Source: an uncultured Clostridia bacterium
Lineage (GTDB): Bacteria; Bacillota; Clostridia; TANB77; CAG-508
NCBI GenBank assembly: GCA_944390285.1
Contig: CALXPN010000003.1
Location: 114,285-178,284, forward strand
Length of the DNA stretch: 64,000 bases
Direction: 5' to 3'
Shown here: one piece after another, positions 60,132-64,000 of the stretch
How the letters are laid out: each line of letters opens with the position of its first letter
Position numbering within the stretch: position 1 is the stretch's first letter
Position numbers and translations under genes: made by a program
The notes under the pieces: generated by a model
The model's input: the letters and a program-made list of their open reading frames with translations, nothing else
What the model was told of the DNA's origin: nothing
Database searches by the model: none

Positions 60132-60770
60132 TTATTTTACTTTTATATATTCTTTTAAACTTTCAAATTTCTTATCTCCTATTCCACTTACATTTTTTAA
60201 ATCCTCTATATTTTTAAATTTTCCATTTTCTTCTCTATATGTAACTATTCTTTCTGCTAAGGATTCTCCTATTCCAGAAAGAGTTTGAAGTTCAGCTTCA
60301 CTTGCTGTATTTATATTTACTTTTGAATCATTACTACTTTCTCCAACCACTCCAGCTTCTGATAAATCTTCATTATTATTTTCTCCCTCATTTTCTATAT
60401 TATCATGAATACTTGGTACAACTATTTTTTGTCCATCTTCTAAATAATATGCTAAATTTATTTTACTTAAATCTGTATTTTCTGTAGTACCTCCTGCCAG
60501 TATTATCGCATCTTCTATTCTGTCTCCCTCTTCAATTTCCACTACACCAGGATTTTTTACTTCACCTATAACATATACTTTTATTTTATTTTTTTCATTT
60601 ATAATTTCATTTAAATTGTTATTTTCAATACTATTTGCGCCATCTACTATAAAATCTGAATAATCAAATTCTTCAAACTCTTCTTTTTTTATAAAAAAAT
60701 TATATACAATGATAATTAGTACTATTATTACAATTAAAATTATTTTAATTATATTCTTTTTTTCTTGCAT
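60132..60770 (-). CDS. comEA: competence protein ComEA (membrane-anchored HhH DNA-binding protein)
   Basis: N-terminal TM; C-terminal tandem helix-hairpin-helix VNINTASEAELQTLSGIGESLAERIV...LKNVSGIGDKKFESL. Confidence 0.8.
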   Translation of the reverse strand: MQEKKNIIKIILIVIIVLIIIVYNFFIKKEEFEEFDYSDFIVDGANSIENNNLNEIINEKNKIKVYVIGEVKNPGVVEIEEGDRIEDAIILAGGTTENTDLSKINLAYYLEDGQKIVVPSIHDNIENEGENNNEDLSEAGVVGESSNDSKVNINTASEAELQTLSGIGESLAERIVTYREENGKFKNIEDLKNVSGIGDKKFESLKEYIKVK

Positions 60771-60891
60771 AAAACACCTTCTTTCTTTTAACTTTTTTGT
60801 TTTCTATTTTGTAACTAATATTTTAAAATCATTTTATTGAAATTTATCGAATTTTATTATATTATGTTATAAATTTTATTTTGGAGGAATT

Positions 60892-62139
60892 ATGAAACTA
60901 AAGAAAAAAATTTTTATATTATTTTTTGTAATTATAATATTATTAAATATTTCCACTACAGTTAGAGCAGAAGAAATTGATATTAATTCAGAAGCAGGTC
61001 TACTTGTAGAAGTAAGTACTGGAAAAATTTTATATGAGAAAAATGCTGATAAAATTATGTATCCTGCAAGTACAACAAAAATACTAACAGCTATTTTAGT
61101 ATTAGAAAATTGTGAACTTTCCGATATGGTAACTGTTTCTCAAAACGCTATTTCAAATATTCCTAGTGGATATGTTACTTGTAATTTACATGCTGGTGAA
61201 GAAATTAGTGTAAATGATTTACTTTATGCTTTAATGCTACCTTCTGCAAATGATGCAGCTTTTGCACTTGCTGAACATGTAGGTGGTTCTGTAGAAAATT
61301 TTTCAGATATGATGAATGAAAAAGCAAAAGAAATTGGTTGTACAAATACTCATTTTGTAAATCCGAATGGAATTCATGATGATAATCATTATACTACAGC
61401 ACATGATTTATATTTAATGGCAAATTATGCTATGAAAAATGAAACTTTTAGAACTATAGTTTCCAAAACAGAATATGTACTTCCTGCAACAAATATGCAT
61501 TCACAAGCAGATAGAATTATGTATAATTCTAATGAATTATTAAATAACAATAGTAAAAATTATTATTATGAAAATGCAATTGGAATAAAAACTGGTACAA
61601 CTTCTAAAGCTGGTAGTTGCCTTGTAGCAGAAAGTTCAAAAAATAATATGGAACTTATTTCTGTTACTTTAAATGGTGGAACTACAAATGGATTAAATGA
61701 TAGATTTACAGATTCCAAAAAATTATTTGACTATGGTTATGAAAACTATAATTTTGATAATATTACTGAAAAAAATGCTACTATATCTACAACGGAAATT
61801 GAAAATGGAACAAAAGGCACAAAAAATCTAAGCTTAATTGCAGAAAACGATATTTCTGTATTACATAATATTAATTTAGATTTAAGTACAATAACACCTG
61901 AAATAACGTTAAATGAAAATCTTTTAGCTCCAATTTCAGAAGGAGAAATTGTTGGAACAGCTAAATACAATGTTGATGGAATTGAATATACCACAAATCT
62001 TTTAGCAGGTAGCAATGTTGAAAAAAAATTGGATATTAGTATAATAATTTTAATTTGTGGAATTTTACTTTTATTTATTTCTGTCAGAATTTTAAGAAAA
62101 AATAAAAAACATAGAAATAAGAGAAAATATAGAAAATAA
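60892..62139 (+). CDS. D-alanyl-D-alanine carboxypeptidase (low-molecular-weight PBP, DacB/DacF-like)
   Basis: SxxK (PASTTKILT), SxN (LPSANDAA), KTG (IKTGTT); signal peptide; C-terminal membrane anchor. Confidence 0.85.
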   Translation: MKLKKKIFILFFVIIILLNISTTVRAEEIDINSEAGLLVEVSTGKILYEKNADKIMYPASTTKILTAILVLENCELSDMVTVSQNAISNIPSGYVTCNLHAGEEISVNDLLYALMLPSANDAAFALAEHVGGSVENFSDMMNEKAKEIGCTNTHFVNPNGIHDDNHYTTAHDLYLMANYAMKNETFRTIVSKTEYVLPATNMHSQADRIMYNSNELLNNNSKNYYYENAIGIKTGTTSKAGSCLVAESSKNNMELISVTLNGGTTNGLNDRFTDSKKLFDYGYENYNFDNITEKNATISTTEIENGTKGTKNLSLIAENDISVLHNINLDLSTITPEITLNENLLAPISEGEIVGTAKYNVDGIEYTTNLLAGSNVEKKLDISIIILICGILLLFISVRILRKNKKHRNKRKYRK

Positions 62140-62159
62140 TTTTTGTAGTGATATTATAA

Positions 62160-62192
62160 ATGCTTGCTTTTAAAAAAGCAAGCATTTTTTGT
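62160..62192. terminator. bidirectional terminator hairpin
   Basis: aatgcttgctttt-aaaa-aagcaagcatttttt lies between convergent genes. Confidence 0.6.
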
Positions 62193-62199
62193 TTTTATA

Positions 62200-63381
62200 T
62201 TAATTATTTTCTAAATTACTTTGCATTTCTCGTACAAGATTTTTTGTTTCTTTTTTATCATATACAAAGAACCATAAATTATTTAATTTTTTAGATTCAC
62301 CTGGAAGTTGATTACTTATTATTGAATTTATATCAAATTCTACTGCATCAGGAATATATGGAAGCAACTCTTTAATTTCCATATTTGTTTCTATATTATT
62401 AAAAACAGTGTCTAGTATTTCTTTAGATTTAAATATATTTTTTATTACTAAAGTTTGTTTCAAAGTTTCTGAAATAAATTCTCTTTGAGTTCTCATTCTT
62501 CCATAATCATTATCACCATATTCTACTGGATATGATGTTCCATCATTATTATGTCTAAATCTTAGCAATTGCTCTGCTTTTTTACCATCTATTTTTTGCA
62601 TTCCCTGACTTAAATGAATATGAAGATCTTGGGTTGGGTCATCATAATCCATATCTATTGGAACATTAAAGTTTACTCCACCTATAATATCTACAATTTC
62701 TATTAAAGCATTATTATCTACAACAGCATAATATTCAACATCCATTCCTGTAATATCTGAAACTTTTTCTAAGAGTTTTTCTGGACTTTTAGAATATAAT
62801 GAATTTATTTTATCTGTTCCTTTGGCTGTATTTTGATTTTTTCCAACAAATGTATCTCTCGGTATAGAAAGCATATAAGCAGTCTGAGTTTTAGGATTAT
62901 ATGAACAAACTATTATTGTATCTGTAAGTGTTGAATCTAAATCTTTACTTACACCTAATAGAAGGACATTTTTTGTTTCTAAATTCTCAACCTCTTGTGG
63001 AGTTAATCCTAATATTGTTATTAATGCACCTCGTAATCCACCACCATTTTCTTGAGTTTTATAGTAAAGTAGTCCAATTAAAATACCTAAAATTACTATA
63101 ATAAATAAAAACAATTTTAATAAAAAATTTATTATAGAAAATTTCTTTTTATTTTTTTGATTTTTTTCTTTTTGATTTGCTATATTTTTATTAGTTTTAA
63201 TATTTTTTTCTTGATTATTTATTTCTACTTTTTTTGTCTTAGCTTTCTTCTTTTTTTCTGTTTTATCAATTTTATTTTTAGATTCTTTTTCCATCTTTTT
63301 TTGATCTTTGCGATCTTTTTTTCTTTTGTTATTATTGTTAATTCTATTCAAACTAAAGCACCTCGTTTTATTTGCTTGCAA
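62200..63381 (-). CDS. LytR-CpsA-Psr (LCP) family cell-envelope protein
   Basis: KNVLLLGVSKD...TDTIIV...SIPRDTFV matches LCP conserved blocks; Lys-rich cytoplasmic N-terminus plus TM. Confidence 0.75.
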   Translation of the reverse strand: MQANKTRCFSLNRINNNNKRKKDRKDQKKMEKESKNKIDKTEKKKKAKTKKVEINNQEKNIKTNKNIANQKEKNQKNKKKFSIINFLLKLFLFIIVILGILIGLLYYKTQENGGGLRGALITILGLTPQEVENLETKNVLLLGVSKDLDSTLTDTIIVCSYNPKTQTAYMLSIPRDTFVGKNQNTAKGTDKINSLYSKSPEKLLEKVSDITGMDVEYYAVVDNNALIEIVDIIGGVNFNVPIDMDYDDPTQDLHIHLSQGMQKIDGKKAEQLLRFRHNNDGTSYPVEYGDNDYGRMRTQREFISETLKQTLVIKNIFKSKEILDTVFNNIETNMEIKELLPYIPDAVEFDINSIISNQLPGESKKLNNLWFFVYDKKETKNLVREMQSNLENN

Positions 63382-63382
63382 A

Positions 63383-64000
63383 TTATTTTATTATTAAATT
63401 TAGAATAATATTGTTATTATAAAATAATCTGCCTAAATGTGACTCTTCTATTGCTTCTATAATTCCCCATGAACTTATTATTGGAGAAAGCATTGAAAAT
63501 ATTGCTAAACAAACATATATTATTATAAGTGATTTTAATATACCATAAATTAAACCACCTAATCTATTAAATGTACTTATAATTGGGAGCATTGCTATTA
63601 TATTTGTTGCAAATTTTATTATGATAAGTACAATTCTTGATATAACAAATAATAGAATCATTGTGCCAATTCTTACAAAAAATTGAGAAAGTTGAATTGC
63701 TACATAACTTGAAATATCTTTTTCAGCTTTAGCAACTGCTTCAGTAACATAATTGTTTACAATTTCTAATCCGCCTTCTGAAATATTCGTATTTTCTTGA
63801 CTTTTATTTTCTCCAGATAACATTTCTTCTGGTAACATATTTTTTATTGTCTCTGCTATATTTTCATCTATTTGTGTATTATTTATAATTGCATTTGATA
63901 CTGGTTTATATAAAACAAAAACTATAATTAATGATATTATAAAAGCTATTATTCCATATAATACAGATGTTAAACCTCTTCTATATCCAAGATAAATTGT
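63383..64000 (-). CDS. CvpA-family membrane protein (5' end beyond the window)
   Basis: The track ORF 63383..63838 starts at an internal Met; the frame stays open to the window edge (...TIYLGYRRGLTSVLYGIIAFIISLIIVFVLYKP...ETIKNMLPEEM...). Confidence 0.5.
   Translation of the reverse strand, partial: TIYLGYRRGLTSVLYGIIAFIISLIIVFVLYKPVSNAIINNTQIDENIAETIKNMLPEEMLSGENKSQENTNISEGGLEIVNNYVTEAVAKAEKDISSYVAIQLSQFFVRIGTMILLFVISRIVLIIIKFATNIIAMLPIISTFNRLGGLIYGILKSLIIIYVCLAIFSMLSPIISSWGIIEAIEESHLGRLFYNNNIILNLIIK

Overview
AT-rich (Clostridia-like, low-GC Firmicutes) chromosomal window in four blocks. (1) 1-2.5 kb, housekeeping: dnaX (5' part), 4.5S/SRP RNA, a small membrane-protein gene, tadA, tRNA-Arg(CCU). 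(2) 2.6-27.5 kb: a single-orientation (minus strand) type IV secretion-like envelope cluster. It holds a membrane-anchored glucosaminidase, a frameshifted ABC ATPase, four paralogous VirB6/TcpH/Orf15-like polytopic membrane proteins with long Lys/Glu-rich coiled-coil tails, two paralogous exported proteins, a VirB4-like ATPase, small TM proteins and six tandem VirB2/TrbC-like pilin paralogs. No relaxase or coupling ATPase is present. (3) 27.6-33.3 kb, housekeeping: a MATE efflux/cytidylate-kinase-like fusion and folE. (4) 33.5-56.4 kb: a ~22.9 kb integrated element bounded by 16-bp direct repeats, the right one lying inside the anticodon arm of an initiator tRNA-fMet gene, with GTGCCCAA-type integrase arm sites inside both ends. 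It carries a tyrosine integrase, GNAT, cI-like repressor, Xis, replisome-organiser/DnaC/RusA module and no virion genes (satellite/PICI-like). Its cargo is a defence island: a type I R-M system whose hsdS is split at a (GT)9 tract and also carries a 4x SAEL 12-bp repeat, a HATPase+DUF4325 pair, a ubiquitin-like/E2-E1 fusion/Zn-ribbon operon co-oriented with a membrane protein and a metallophosphoesterase, an AlbA_2/HATPase_c_4 protein flanked by palindromes, and an AEP primase-polymerase/SF2 helicase fusion. (5) 56.5-64 kb, housekeeping: C39-like peptidase, ArsC/Spx-family protein, GT-C-like membrane protein, an orphan seventh pilin paralog, comEA, a D-Ala-D-Ala carboxypeptidase, an LCP protein and a partial CvpA. 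The most novel-looking items are the expanded relaxase-less T4SS-like locus and the Ubl-E1/E2 operon inside the mobile defence island.
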